Of a stretch of DNA of 64,000 nucleotides, positions 1-10,400 are shown in pieces. Each line of letters starts with the position of its first letter. Within the stretch, counting starts at the first letter, position 1. Source of the stretch: Candidatus Pacearchaeota archaeon (GTDB lineage Archaea > Nanobdellota > Nanobdellia > Pacearchaeales > GW2011-AR1); contig JBAZXH010000001.1 of NCBI GenBank assembly GCA_041659945.1, forward strand, positions 693,364-757,363. Reading direction: 5' to 3'. The notes beneath the pieces were generated by a model that was given only the letters and a program-made list of their open reading frames with translations, made no database searches and was not told the DNA's origin. The position numbers were made by a program, and so were the translations under genes.

Positions 1-3
1 AAG

Positions 4-501
4 ATGAAAAAGAATTGTCTTTGGGTTTTTAATACAAATTTGTGGGCTAGAAATGGAGTTTATGTTCTTCAAGATGAAGTTGCAACAGGAAGAGATAAAA
101 TATTAAAGGCTAAGGATTTAGAAGAAATGCTTAAAGGTGGAAGAGAATTAAGTTCTGGTGGAGTAAGAGTTAGTAATGATGGCAGAGTAAGATTTGCTCC
201 TAAAGGAAGTTATGTTCTTGGAAGTAACACTCCAGAAGCATTTGCAAAAGATGGATTTATAATTGCAAGTTGTGGTCAAGCAGGAGCAGAAAAATTAGGA
301 GAAGTCACTGCTAAATTTAAAACTGATCCAGAGATTCAGGGTTTTGATATTGAAGAAGGAAGAACACCTAAACAAAGAGTATCTGCTGTTGACGAGTATC
401 ATGGTAGGTTTAATTTCATTGGTCAGGGCTGGTTTGGCGGCAACGACATTAACCATGCGTTTGCGGTATTGCGAGCTGCCGAAGGCAGCAAAGCTGCATA
501 A
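4..501 (+). CDS. hypothetical protein (165 aa) with an anomalous GC-rich 3' end
   Basis: ATG-to-TAA ORF at the window edge. No family motif recognised. The last ~26 codons switch to GGC/GCG/CGA-type codons. Confidence 0.5.
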   Translation: MKKNCLWVFNTNLWARNGVYVLQDEVATGRDKILKAKDLEEMLKGGRELSSGGVRVSNDGRVRFAPKGSYVLGSNTPEAFAKDGFIIASCGQAGAEKLGEVTAKFKTDPEIQGFDIEEGRTPKQRVSAVDEYHGRFNFIGQGWFGGNDINHAFAVLRAAEGSKAA

Positions 502-627
502 TTTTTTTTCTGAATAGTTAAAAAGATTTATTAATTAGGGAATTAATTCTTATATGGTATTGTTGGGTTACCTTTGAAAATATGTATTGTGCTTACATTT
601 CATTAAAAAATAGATTTTAAATCTCAG

Positions 628-1326
628 ATGAAAAAAATATTTGTGATTGGAAAAAGTGAAAATGATGTTGGTGAAATAAAAGAAAAGCTTTCTAGATTTG
701 ATGTGATTTATTCTGAGAGCAGTCCGGACTTAGTTATTGCCTATGGTGGTGATGGTACGCTTTTAATTTCTGAGAGAAGATTTCCAGAGGTTCCAAAGAT
801 TTTGGTGAAGAATAAGAGTATTGGAAAAAAAGGTTATGACTTGAGTATTGAAGAAATACTTGAAAAATATCTTGCTGGACGATATAGAATTCAGGAGATA
901 AATAAACTAAAAGCTGTTGTTGAAGCTGGTCAAGATTTTAAAGTGTTAATTGGTATGAATGATTTGGTTGTAAGAAATACCCTGCCTACAGAAGCTATTA
1001 GGTTTGAACTTTTTATTGATGAGAAATTGATTGGAGAGTTCATTGGAGATGGAATTGTTGTTTCCACTTCCTATGGTTCAACTGCTTATTTTTCTTCAAT
1101 AACAAAAACATCTTTTGCAGATGGGATTGGTATTGCTTTTAATAATACAACAGAATCTGTAGAGCCAATGATCCTTGATGAAAAGAGTTTGATAAAAATT
1201 AAGATTTTGCGTGGCCCGGCAGTTTTGGTTGCAGATAATAATCGGGATTTTATTAATCTCGAACATGGAGAGATAGTTGAGATTAGACAGTCTGATGAGA
1301 AAGCGAAAGTTCTTGTGTTGGATTAA
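628..1326 (+). CDS. nadK: NAD(+) kinase
   Basis: GGDGT motif (VIAYGGDGTLL) plus the GDGIVVSTSYGSTAY block typical of NAD kinases. Confidence 0.85.
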   Translation: MKKIFVIGKSENDVGEIKEKLSRFDVIYSESSPDLVIAYGGDGTLLISERRFPEVPKILVKNKSIGKKGYDLSIEEILEKYLAGRYRIQEINKLKAVVEAGQDFKVLIGMNDLVVRNTLPTEAIRFELFIDEKLIGEFIGDGIVVSTSYGSTAYFSSITKTSFADGIGIAFNNTTESVEPMILDEKSLIKIKILRGPAVLVADNNRDFINLEHGEIVEIRQSDEKAKVLVLD

Positions 1327-1375
1327 TGTTATTTTTTATATAATTCTTTAAAAATGTTGTTTGTTTAATAAATAA

Positions 1376-1870
1376 ATGTCGGAAGAGTTAAAATACCAAA
1401 GACCTTCATGGGATGAATATTTTTTAGAGGTTATGAATGCAATTGCAAAAAGAGCAACTTGTGACCGAGGTAGAAGTGGATGTGTTATTACAAGAAATAA
1501 ACAAATTTTAGTCACAGGTTATGTTGGTTCACCTCCAGGCTTACCACATTGTGATGATGTTGGACACCAAATGAGAAAAGTTACTCATGAAGATGGGCAT
1601 GAAACAAATCATTGTGTTAGAACTATTCATGCTGAACAAAATGCGATTATTCAGGCTGCTAAATTGGGTGTTTCAATTGATGGTGGAACACTTTACTGTA
1701 AAATGACTCCGTGTAGAACATGTGCTATGCTAATAATTGGTTCGGGTATTAAAAGAGTTGTTTGTGAAAAAAGATATCATGCAGGATTAGAATCTGAAGA
1801 AATGTTTAGAAAAGCAGGCGTTTCATTAGAATATGTTAACAATGTTTTTGAAGAGTATCCTAATCAATAG
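1376..1870 (+). CDS. dCMP/CMP deaminase family protein
   Basis: Zinc-binding deaminase signature HAEQNAI ... PCRTCA. Confidence 0.85.
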   Translation: MSEELKYQRPSWDEYFLEVMNAIAKRATCDRGRSGCVITRNKQILVTGYVGSPPGLPHCDDVGHQMRKVTHEDGHETNHCVRTIHAEQNAIIQAAKLGVSIDGGTLYCKMTPCRTCAMLIIGSGIKRVVCEKRYHAGLESEEMFRKAGVSLEYVNNVFEEYPNQ

Positions 1871-1924
1871 CAATAACTGATTTAGTATATAATTATTTAA
1901 AAAGCATAAAAAATTAGAAATTTT

Positions 1925-2560
1925 ATGAGTCAACGTATTGCTGAAGAGGCCATTGAACAGATTGTTACTGCATTAAAAAGTCATAGACATGGTAATTATT
2001 TTGATCCGGAGAAAGTAAGTGAATCTTTACAAAGAATGGTAATACCCTCAAAATATGCCTTTGAATTTGCCGCACCTATTAATTCTGATTTAGGTTATAT
2101 TCGAGAGGAAGAGGGTTCTTGTACACATGAAATGAGTTTAGATTGGGTGTTTGTGAATTCTCTTTCACCATATAATCCTGATTCTAAATTAACAGCGAGG
2201 GCTAAAAATTTTGCTTCTTGGTTTGGTTTGGTAGATACTGATAAGTTGGTTAGAGTTATTAGATCAGATCAAGATTTATTGAATGCAATGACTAGTGCAA
2301 CAGCAAGAAAGTCTTGGAGATCTTTATTGGCAAGATTAAGAACTACAGAACTCTGTCCGCAGGTTGATGGTGGAAGAGAGGAAACCTATTTGGTAGAAAG
2401 ACCATTATTAATTATTCCTAAAAATGACTGTCCAGAATTAATTGAACGATGGGAAGGAGCTAATACTGGATATTTTAGAATTGGGTCTTTAGGAGATAAA
2501 AGAATAACACGTAAAGATTACGAGGATGCTTTCAAAGTAACTTTCAGAACTGATAAATAA
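1925..2560 (+). CDS. hypothetical protein (211 aa, ORFan-class composition)
   Basis: Long ORF with a promoter-like AT box upstream. No motif recognised. Confidence 0.5.
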   Translation: MSQRIAEEAIEQIVTALKSHRHGNYFDPEKVSESLQRMVIPSKYAFEFAAPINSDLGYIREEEGSCTHEMSLDWVFVNSLSPYNPDSKLTARAKNFASWFGLVDTDKLVRVIRSDQDLLNAMTSATARKSWRSLLARLRTTELCPQVDGGREETYLVERPLLIIPKNDCPELIERWEGANTGYFRIGSLGDKRITRKDYEDAFKVTFRTDK

Positions 2561-2590
2561 TCTTGCAGATATATAATTAATTATTTATAA

Positions 2591-2881
2591 TTACCGTCTC
2601 ATAGAAGCTAAACAAGCTCCAGTTCCTATTCCCATAACTGTATGATGACATTCATCTGCCCAGAGTTCTTGAATTCCTCTTCCACAGCTTACTCCTTCAT
2701 GAAAAATAAGTGAAAAATTTCTAATTTCATCTTCTGAAAGACCTTGAAACTTTTCTTCACCTAAACATTGATTTAAAGTATCATATAATCCTCTAACTTT
2801 AAGTCTTGCTAAAGTGTGATAAGCTCCTTCAAGTACTTCCATAGGTTTCATTACTATTCTTTCAAATGTTTCATAATCCAT
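2591..2881 (-). CDS. hypothetical protein (96 aa)
   Basis: ORF convergent with 1925-2560. No motif recognised. Confidence 0.4.
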   Translation of the reverse strand: MDYETFERIVMKPMEVLEGAYHTLARLKVRGLYDTLNQCLGEEKFQGLSEDEIRNFSLIFHEGVSCGRGIQELWADECHHTVMGIGTGACLASMRR

Positions 2882-3046
2882 CTTTCTAATGTCTAATTCT
2901 AGTTCTTAAACTTTTGCATTTAGAAATGCGAATAGAAATATATTATGGTTTCGAGGGTACTCAAGAATTGAGAATTCTTGGTAGTTTTAATTCTCTTTTA
3001 TTGATGAATTGAAACGAGTTCAAACCAAGGTTCGAATCCTTAAGAA

Positions 3047-3121
3047 TGGCTTCGAGGGGATTCGAACCCCCGACACCTGGCTTAAAAGGCCAGTGCTCTA
3101 ACCAGGCTGAGCTACGAAGCC
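3047..3121 (-). tRNA. tRNA-Lys (anticodon UUU)
   Basis: Hand-folded cloverleaf. Acceptor GGCUUCG/CGAAGCC, D-arm GCUC..GAGC, anticodon stem CUGGC/GCCAG with loop CUUUUAA, T-arm GGGGG-UUCGAAU-CCCCU. Confidence 0.9.
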
Positions 3122-3222
3122 GTAAAATGATAAATAAAACTAACATTTAATGTTTTTAAATCTTCTTTAAGAAGGATAAAAATTATGCAAATATATTTAA
3201 ACTGATAAATTAAGATTTCATC

Positions 3223-3762
3223 ATGATAAGCAGATATTCAATCAGGCATGCAAAACCCCAAGATGTTGAAAGAATTGTAAGATTAAATAATCAAGAAACG
3301 CAGTGGGTTGGTGAGAGAGATTCAGACTTTTTTATGAGATATCTTGAAGTTCCTCATTTTTATGTTGCATTAGATACTAGAACTGAACCTATAATTGAAC
3401 CTGAAGCGGAACCAATAACTAAACATCTTGGTTTAGATCTTCTTGGTTTTGTTCTTTGTATGCCTGAATCAGCTAGTTATGATAGTAGAAACTTTTTGTG
3501 GTTTAAACAAGAATATAGGAATAAGAGATTTAATTATATTGATAGAGTTGTTATTAACCCAAAAGTAAGAAGACAGGGTGTTGCTTCTATGCTTTATGAT
3601 CGAATAATCAGAGCATCAGGTGAAATTCTGGTTGTTGCTGAAGTTTCAATAGACCCAGTAAATGATGAATCAATCATATTTCATGAAAGATTAGGATTCA
3701 AGGAAGTTGGGCAATTTTCAGCTGATGGGAAAAAGACCTGTGCTATGATGGTACTTGACTAA
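3223..3762 (+). CDS. GNAT family N-acetyltransferase
   Basis: Acetyl-CoA binding motif RRQGVASMLYDRII in a 179-aa protein. Confidence 0.7.
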   Translation: MISRYSIRHAKPQDVERIVRLNNQETQWVGERDSDFFMRYLEVPHFYVALDTRTEPIIEPEAEPITKHLGLDLLGFVLCMPESASYDSRNFLWFKQEYRNKRFNYIDRVVINPKVRRQGVASMLYDRIIRASGEILVVAEVSIDPVNDESIIFHERLGFKEVGQFSADGKKTCAMMVLD

Positions 3763-3896
3763 ACCTCGAAAAGAGGCATTTTAAACTTGACAATAGAAAG
3801 GTTTAAAAGGCATCTTTTTATAATATTTAGTATTACAAAGTTGTAAACTTCCATCAATATTTTTCACAAAATTAAACTTACAATTTTGAGTGAGCT

Positions 3897-4103
3897 ATGC
3901 ACATACTCCAACCAAAACACCTAAAAATTAGTAAAAAAGAAGAAGAGGATTTACTTAGTAAAATTAATATTTCTAGAACACAATTACCGAAGATAAAAAG
4001 CACAGATCTTGCTTTACCTGAGGGCGTTAATATTGGAGACTTGATAAAAATTGAAAGAAAAGAGGGCGATAAGACATTTACTTATTACAGAGTTATAGTA
4101 TAG
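3897..4103 (+). CDS. rpoH: DNA-directed RNA polymerase subunit H (Rpo5)
   Basis: 68 aa with QLPKIKSTD...GDLIKIERK...YYRVIV, immediately upstream of rpoB (2-nt gap). Confidence 0.85.
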   Translation: MHILQPKHLKISKKEEEDLLSKINISRTQLPKIKSTDLALPEGVNIGDLIKIERKEGDKTFTYYRVIV

Positions 4104-4104
4104 A

Positions 4105-7100
4105 ATGGAAGACGGTTTAAAACTTAAATTGGGAAATAATGAACATTTGATTATTCGTAAATATCTTTCTGATAATTCTCTGGTTGAATCAAATTTAACG
4201 TCGTTTAATAATTTTATTGAAAAAAGAATGCAAGAAATTGTTAATGAAATATCTGATAATATTGAGAATGATGATATTGAAATAAAACTTGGAAAGATAA
4301 GAATTGATAAACCTAATGTTATTGAATCTGATGGTGCAACAAATTTATTAACTCCTGCTGAAGCAAGACTTAGAAATCTAACATATTCTGCTCCAGTATT
4401 CTTAGAAATTTCTATAAAACAAGATGGAGGACAAATCGAAACTCAAGAGGTGGAAATAGGAAGAATTCCAATTATGGTTAGGAGTAAGGCATGTAATATC
4501 TATAATATGTCTAAGGAAGAATTGGAAACTGTTTATATGGATCCAGCTGATTTTGGAGGTTATTTTATTGTTAATGGTAATGAAAGAATTATGATTATGA
4601 CTGAGGATCTTGCAGCTAATCAGCCATTTATCGAAGAGAATTCAAAGGATAAGCTTATGTTAAGATTATTTTCAGCAAGAGGAGCTTATAGAATTCCAGT
4701 TACTATTGTTGAATCTAATGAAGGTATTTTGGAGATTTCTTTTAGTAGGTTTAAGAATATTCCTGCAGTTGTTTTGCTGAAAGCTTTAGGTTTGTTAAAG
4801 GAAGCTGATATTGCAAAGTATATTGGTAAGGAAACAGATAGTGTAATTGTTAATCTTTATGAATTTGCAAAGATTGCTTCAAGTGAAGAAGCAATGATGT
4901 TAATTGCAGAAAAAACAAGTCTTCAGGGAACAAAAAAAGAAATTCTTGATAGAATAAAACAAAGACTTGATTCTTATTTGTTGCCGCATATTGGAATAAA
5001 AAGAGAAGCAAGACTTGACAAGGCAATAACAATATGTAAACTAATAAAACAATATTTAATCTTTAAAGAAAATAAAGAATTAAAAACAGATAAAGATCAT
5101 TATGCTAATAAGAGAGTACGTTTATCTGGAGACTTGCTATCTGATTTGTTTAGGGTTAATTTGAATATTTTTGTAAGAGATATTAAATATTCTCTTCAAA
5201 AAACAATTAAGAGAAAGAAATTTTACAGCTTGAAAACAATTGCTAAATCTACTTTGTTTTCTCATAGAATAAAATCAGCTATTGCTACTGGAAGTTGGAC
5301 TGGTGAAAAGAAGGGAGTAACTCAGAATATGGATAAAACTAATTATCTGTCTATACTTTCACAGTTGCAAAAAGTTTCAAGCAGTCTTTCAGAAGAACAA
5401 ACAAATTTTCTTGCTAGAACTTTACATCCAACACATTTTGGAAGATTTTGTCCGGTAGAAACTCCAGAAGGAACTGAAATTGGTTTAAGAAAAAACTTGG
5501 CTTTAATGGCTAGAATTTCCACTAGACTTCTTATAGAGGAAGATGAATTAAAATCAACTCTTGAAAAAATGGGTCTTGATAAGGGTTATGGAAGATTTGA
5601 TGTTTTCTTTAATGGTATTTTTATAGGAGGGATTGATGACCCTCATGAATTTGTTAGAACCTTAAGAGATTTGAGAAGACAGCAGAAATTACCTGGAGAG
5701 TTGAGTGTTAGATTTAATAAGGATGTTGGAATTGTTGCTATTTTTGGAGATACTGGTAGAGTTTTGAGACCTTTGATAATTGTTGACAATGGCATTCCTA
5801 GACTTAGTGAACAACATATGGAAATGCTTGCTCGTGATGAATTAAAGTGGGGAGATTTAATTAAGAGTGGGATTATTGAATATATTGATGCATCTGAAGA
5901 AGAGAATTGTTTTGTTGCGCTTAACAAAGAAGAGGTAACTCATGAACATACTCATCTTGAAATTGATACCATTGCTTTTTTGGGACCAATAACAAGTATT
6001 GTAAGTTTTGGAAACCATGATCAGTCATCAAGATTAATTAGAGGAAGTAAAACTCAAAAGCAGGGATTGGGATTGTATGCTGCAAATTATTTATGTAGAG
6101 TTGATACCGATGTAAGTATTCTACACTATCCACAAAGACCAATAGTTAGAAGTTTTGTTTATGATGCATTGAATGTTTATCCATGCGGACAAAATGTAGT
6201 AGTTGCAGTTATGACCTATGAAGGTTATAATATGGAAGATGCTCTTGTTGTTAATAGATCAAGTATTGATAGAGGTTTTGGTAGAAGTACTTTTTTTAGA
6301 CCCTATACTTCAGTTGAATTGAACTATGCTGGAGGTTTGAATGATGAAATTTTAATACCTACAAAAGACGTTTCAGGTTATAGAACTGAAGAATCTTATA
6401 AGTATTTAGAAGATGATGGTATTGTTTATCCTGAAGCTAACCTTGGTTCTGGAGAAGTTGTTATTGGTAAAGTTTCTCCTCCAAAATTCCTTTCAGAAGC
6501 TAAGGATATTAGTATTAAATCAAAAAAAGAAAATAGTTCGGTTATTCGACAGGAAGAAAAAGGTATTGTTGATGCTGTGTTTATTACTCTTGACGAAGAA
6601 GGAAATAAGATTGTTCAGGTTAGAACTAGAGACCCTAGAAATCCTGAACTTGGAGATAAATTTTCAACTGCACACGGTCAGAAGGGAGTTATTGGTGCAA
6701 TAGTTCCTGAAGAAGATATTCCATTTACTTCGAGAGGAGTTAGACCTGATTTGATTTTTAATCCTCATGGTATCCCAGGAAGAATGACTGTAGGATATTT
6801 GCTTGAATTAATAACTGGAAAGATTGGTTGCTTAAGAGGTAAGATTATGGATGGAACTTCATTTGAAAAAAGAGATGTTCCAGCTTTGGAAACTCAACTT
6901 GAAGAATTAGGTTTTAGATTTGATGGAAAAGAAACAATGTATAATCCGATTAGCGGAAAAATGATGGATGCAAAGATTTACATTGGAAATATGTATTACT
7001 TGAAATTGAAGTATATGGTAAGTAATAAGATGCATGCAAGAGCATCTGGAAAAGTTGCTTTGCTTACAAGACAACCAATTGAAGGAAGAGCAAGAGGTGG

Positions 7101-7386
7101 AGCATTGAGACTTGGAGAGATGGAGCAGCAAGCTTTAGTTGCACATGGAGCTTCTTTGTTATTAAAAGAAAGATATGATTCAGATAAAGTTACAATTCAT
7201 GTTTGTTCAAAATGTGGAACTTTGGGTATTAAAGATACTTTGAGAAATAAAACTTATTGTCCAATATGTAACAGCACAGAAGTTGAAGATGTTGAAGTTT
7301 CCTATGCTTTCAAATTATTGACAGAAGAACTTTTGGGAATGCATGTTATTACTGGATTTGAACTAAAGAATAAATATGAAGAGTAA
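4105..7386 (+). CDS. rpoB: DNA-directed RNA polymerase subunit B (unsplit Rpo2)
   Basis: 1093 aa with conserved RNAP second-largest-subunit blocks (GDKFSTAHGQKGV, MPFT-like region, C-terminal CxxC...CxxC zinc ribbon). Confidence 0.95.
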   Translation: MEDGLKLKLGNNEHLIIRKYLSDNSLVESNLTSFNNFIEKRMQEIVNEISDNIENDDIEIKLGKIRIDKPNVIESDGATNLLTPAEARLRNLTYSAPVFLEISIKQDGGQIETQEVEIGRIPIMVRSKACNIYNMSKEELETVYMDPADFGGYFIVNGNERIMIMTEDLAANQPFIEENSKDKLMLRLFSARGAYRIPVTIVESNEGILEISFSRFKNIPAVVLLKALGLLKEADIAKYIGKETDSVIVNLYEFAKIASSEEAMMLIAEKTSLQGTKKEILDRIKQRLDSYLLPHIGIKREARLDKAITICKLIKQYLIFKENKELKTDKDHYANKRVRLSGDLLSDLFRVNLNIFVRDIKYSLQKTIKRKKFYSLKTIAKSTLFSHRIKSAIATGSWTGEKKGVTQNMDKTNYLSILSQLQKVSSSLSEEQTNFLARTLHPTHFGRFCPVETPEGTEIGLRKNLALMARISTRLLIEEDELKSTLEKMGLDKGYGRFDVFFNGIFIGGIDDPHEFVRTLRDLRRQQKLPGELSVRFNKDVGIVAIFGDTGRVLRPLIIVDNGIPRLSEQHMEMLARDELKWGDLIKSGIIEYIDASEEENCFVALNKEEVTHEHTHLEIDTIAFLGPITSIVSFGNHDQSSRLIRGSKTQKQGLGLYAANYLCRVDTDVSILHYPQRPIVRSFVYDALNVYPCGQNVVVAVMTYEGYNMEDALVVNRSSIDRGFGRSTFFRPYTSVELNYAGGLNDEILIPTKDVSGYRTEESYKYLEDDGIVYPEANLGSGEVVIGKVSPPKFLSEAKDISIKSKKENSSVIRQEEKGIVDAVFITLDEEGNKIVQVRTRDPRNPELGDKFSTAHGQKGVIGAIVPEEDIPFTSRGVRPDLIFNPHGIPGRMTVGYLLELITGKIGCLRGKIMDGTSFEKRDVPALETQLEELGFRFDGKETMYNPISGKMMDAKIYIGNMYYLKLKYMVSNKMHARASGKVALLTRQPIEGRARGGALRLGEMEQQALVAHGASLLLKERYDSDKVTIHVCSKCGTLGIKDTLRNKTYCPICNSTEVEDVEVSYAFKLLTEELLGMHVITGFELKNKYEE

Positions 7387-7452
7387 AAGCGAAGGACACC
7401 TTGCGGTTTCCTACCCCCTACCTTCCCTCATCAAGGGATAAAAAAATAAAAA

Positions 7453-10400
7453 ATGACATCGAGAAAACACGTAAAGGCATTGAAATTTAGCTTACTTAGT
7501 CCGGATTTTATTAAAAGACTGAGTTGTGCAAAGATAATCACGCCAGAATTGTATGATATGGATGGTTATCCTGTTGATGGTGGTTTAATGGATTTGAGAC
7601 TTGGTGCAATAGATCCGGGTGTTAGGTGTAGAACTTGTGGAGGCAGATTAAAAGAATGTCTTGGTCACCCAGGAAGCATTGAACTTGCAAGACCAGTTAT
7701 ACATGTTAAATATATTCCAATAGTTTACACATTTTTAAGAAGTTTTTGTAATACCTGTGGAAGAATACTTTTGGATGAAGAAAACATAAAAAAATTAACT
7801 CCTGCTCTAAGACTTAAGAAAGCAAAGGATGCAAAAAAATGTCCTTATTGTGGTTCTATTCAAGAAAAAATAAAAGTTGAAAAACCAACATCTTTTGTTC
7901 TTGGAAAAAGAAGAGTTTTCCCACCAGAGATAAGAGAAATTTTAGAAAGAGTTAAGGATGAAGATTGTAAGTTGGTTGGAATAAATACTCAAACATTTAG
8001 ACCTGAATGGGCAGTACTTACTGTTCTTTTGGTTCCGCCCGTAACAGTCAGACCAAGTATTACTCTTGAATCTGGAGAAAGAAGTGAAGATGATCTTACA
8101 CATAAACTTGGAGATATAATTAGATCTAATCAAAGACTTTGGGAAAACTTAAATGCTGGAGCTCCAGAAGTTATCATTGATGATCTATGGGACTTGTTGC
8201 AATATCATGTTACAACTTTTTTTGATAATACTATTTCAAGAATTCCTCCTGCAAGACATAGAAGTGGGCAGCCTTTGAAAACAATAACTGAGAGAATTAA
8301 GGGAAAAGAAGGAAGAATTAGACATAATCTTGCTGGTAAAAGAGTTAATTTTTCCTCAAGAACAGTTATTTCTCCTGATCCTTCTTTAGCAATTAATGAA
8401 GTTGGAGTCCCTAAAGAAATTGCAATGGTTTTAACAGTTAATGAAGAAGTTACAACAATGAATTTAGAGTATTTGAAAAAATTAATTCTATCTGATGGTT
8501 ACCCTGGAGCCAATTATATTGTTCGTCCAGATGGCAGAAAAAAGAAAGTAAGCTTTGATTTAAAACAGGAAATAATTGAAGAATTAAAACCAGGTTATTT
8601 TGTTGAAAGACATTTGCAGGATGGAGATATTGTGCTGTTTAATCGACACCCAAGTCTTCATAGAGGAAGTTTGATGGCTCATTATGTTAGAGTTTTGCCA
8701 TATAGAACTTTTAGACTACATCCAGCAGTTGCATTCCCATACAATGCGGATTTTGATGGAGATGAAATGAATGTTCATGTTCCTCAAACTGAAGAAGCTC
8801 GTGCTGAAGCAAGAGTTTTATTAAATGTAAATAATAATTTAATTAGTCCTAAAAATAATACAAATCTTATTGGAACAATATCTGATGCTATAACTGGTAA
8901 TTATTTACTTGGAAAAATGGATCTTTCAAAGGCTGATGCCCAACAATTACTTTTTAACTCTGGAGTAACTGCTGATTTTGATAAGAAAACTATTTCTGGA
9001 AAACAGATCTTCTTAGAACTTTTCCCTAAATCAAATAAAAATGTAAACACAATGATTATGAATAATGATCTAACTAGTGATTATACTTTTGGGGTTGAAA
9101 ATGATAAGATTGTGAAATTGATTGATAGAGAACTTGGAAGAGATGAAACAATGAACATCATTAGAAAGGCCTTTGCTCTTGGAACTCATTATTTGTCTAA
9201 TAGGGGTTTTACAATTTCGCTTGAAGATTTGAATGTAAACGAAAAAACAAAAAAAGTAACTCAGGAAATTATAAATGAAGGTGAAGAAAAGACAATCAAA
9301 ATAGTTGATGATTATAAGAATGGAAATTTGGAAATAATTCCGGGTAAGACCCTAGAAGAATCAAGAGAAATTAAGATACTTCAAACACTTAATGAAATTA
9401 GAACTAAAATTGGTAAAGCTGTTAAGAATGAATTTCCTGAAGACAATCCGGTAAGTAGCATGATATTTTCTGGAGCGGGAGGAAATATTTTGAATATTAC
9501 TCAGATTGCATGTTCTGTTGGTCAACAGTCATTGTGGGCTCAGAGAATTAATTTTGGATATACTAAAAGAACTCTCTCTTGTTTTAAGGAAGAAGATTTA
9601 TCACCAAAGGCTAGAGGATTTATTTATTCTTCTTATATGAATGGACTTAAACCTCACGAATTTTTCTTTAATGCTATAACTGGAAGAGATGGACTGATGG
9701 ATACTGCATTGAGAACACCTAAATCAGGTTATCTTTATAGAAGACTTGCAAATGCTCTGCAGGATTTAAGAGTTGAGTATGACGGAACTGTTAGAGATGC
9801 AATAGGTCAAGTTGTACAGTTTAGCTATGGTGATGATGGACTTGATGTTTCTGCTTTACACCTGGATAAACAAATTTCATCTGGTGAAGCTATTGGAATA
9901 GTTACTGCCCAAAGCTTTGGAGAACCATCAACTCAGATGGCTTTGAATGTATTCCACTTTGCAGGAGTTCAGGAGATGCAGATAACTTTAGGTTTGCCAA
10001 GACTTATAGAAATTTTTGATGCTAGAAAGCAACCGTCTACACCGGCCATGGAAATATATTTTGAAAGTGATTATAATGATGAGAAGAATGCAAAGGTTAT
10101 TGCAGAAAAAATAAAAGAAACCAAACTAAAAGATATTACTTCAGAAGCTAAGATTCATTTTTCTGATAAAAAAATTGAATTTGTTCTAAGTGATAGGATG
10201 ATAAAACAAACACATATGTCAATTGGCACTATTTGTGAGAAACTTTCAACTAAGGAAGTTAAGTCTAATGTTAAGGGAGATTCAATTATGTTTGCTACAC
10301 CAAATCTTGGATTTAAAGAAATGTATAAATTAAAGGAAAGACTTAAGGAAACAATTGTTTCAGGCGTTAAGGGAATTAAACAGGTTCTTATTGTTAAGAG

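Noticed and set aside
3021-3046. T-arm-like aaggttcgaatcctt suggesting a second tRNA next to tRNA-Lys.
   Set aside because: No acceptor, D or anticodon arms can be built around it on either strand. It is treated as a degenerate tRNA fragment (see finding), not a gene.
2961-3146. 61-aa ORF on the minus strand.
   Set aside because: It lies entirely over tRNA-Lys and its flank. The reading frame is a by-product of the tRNA sequence.
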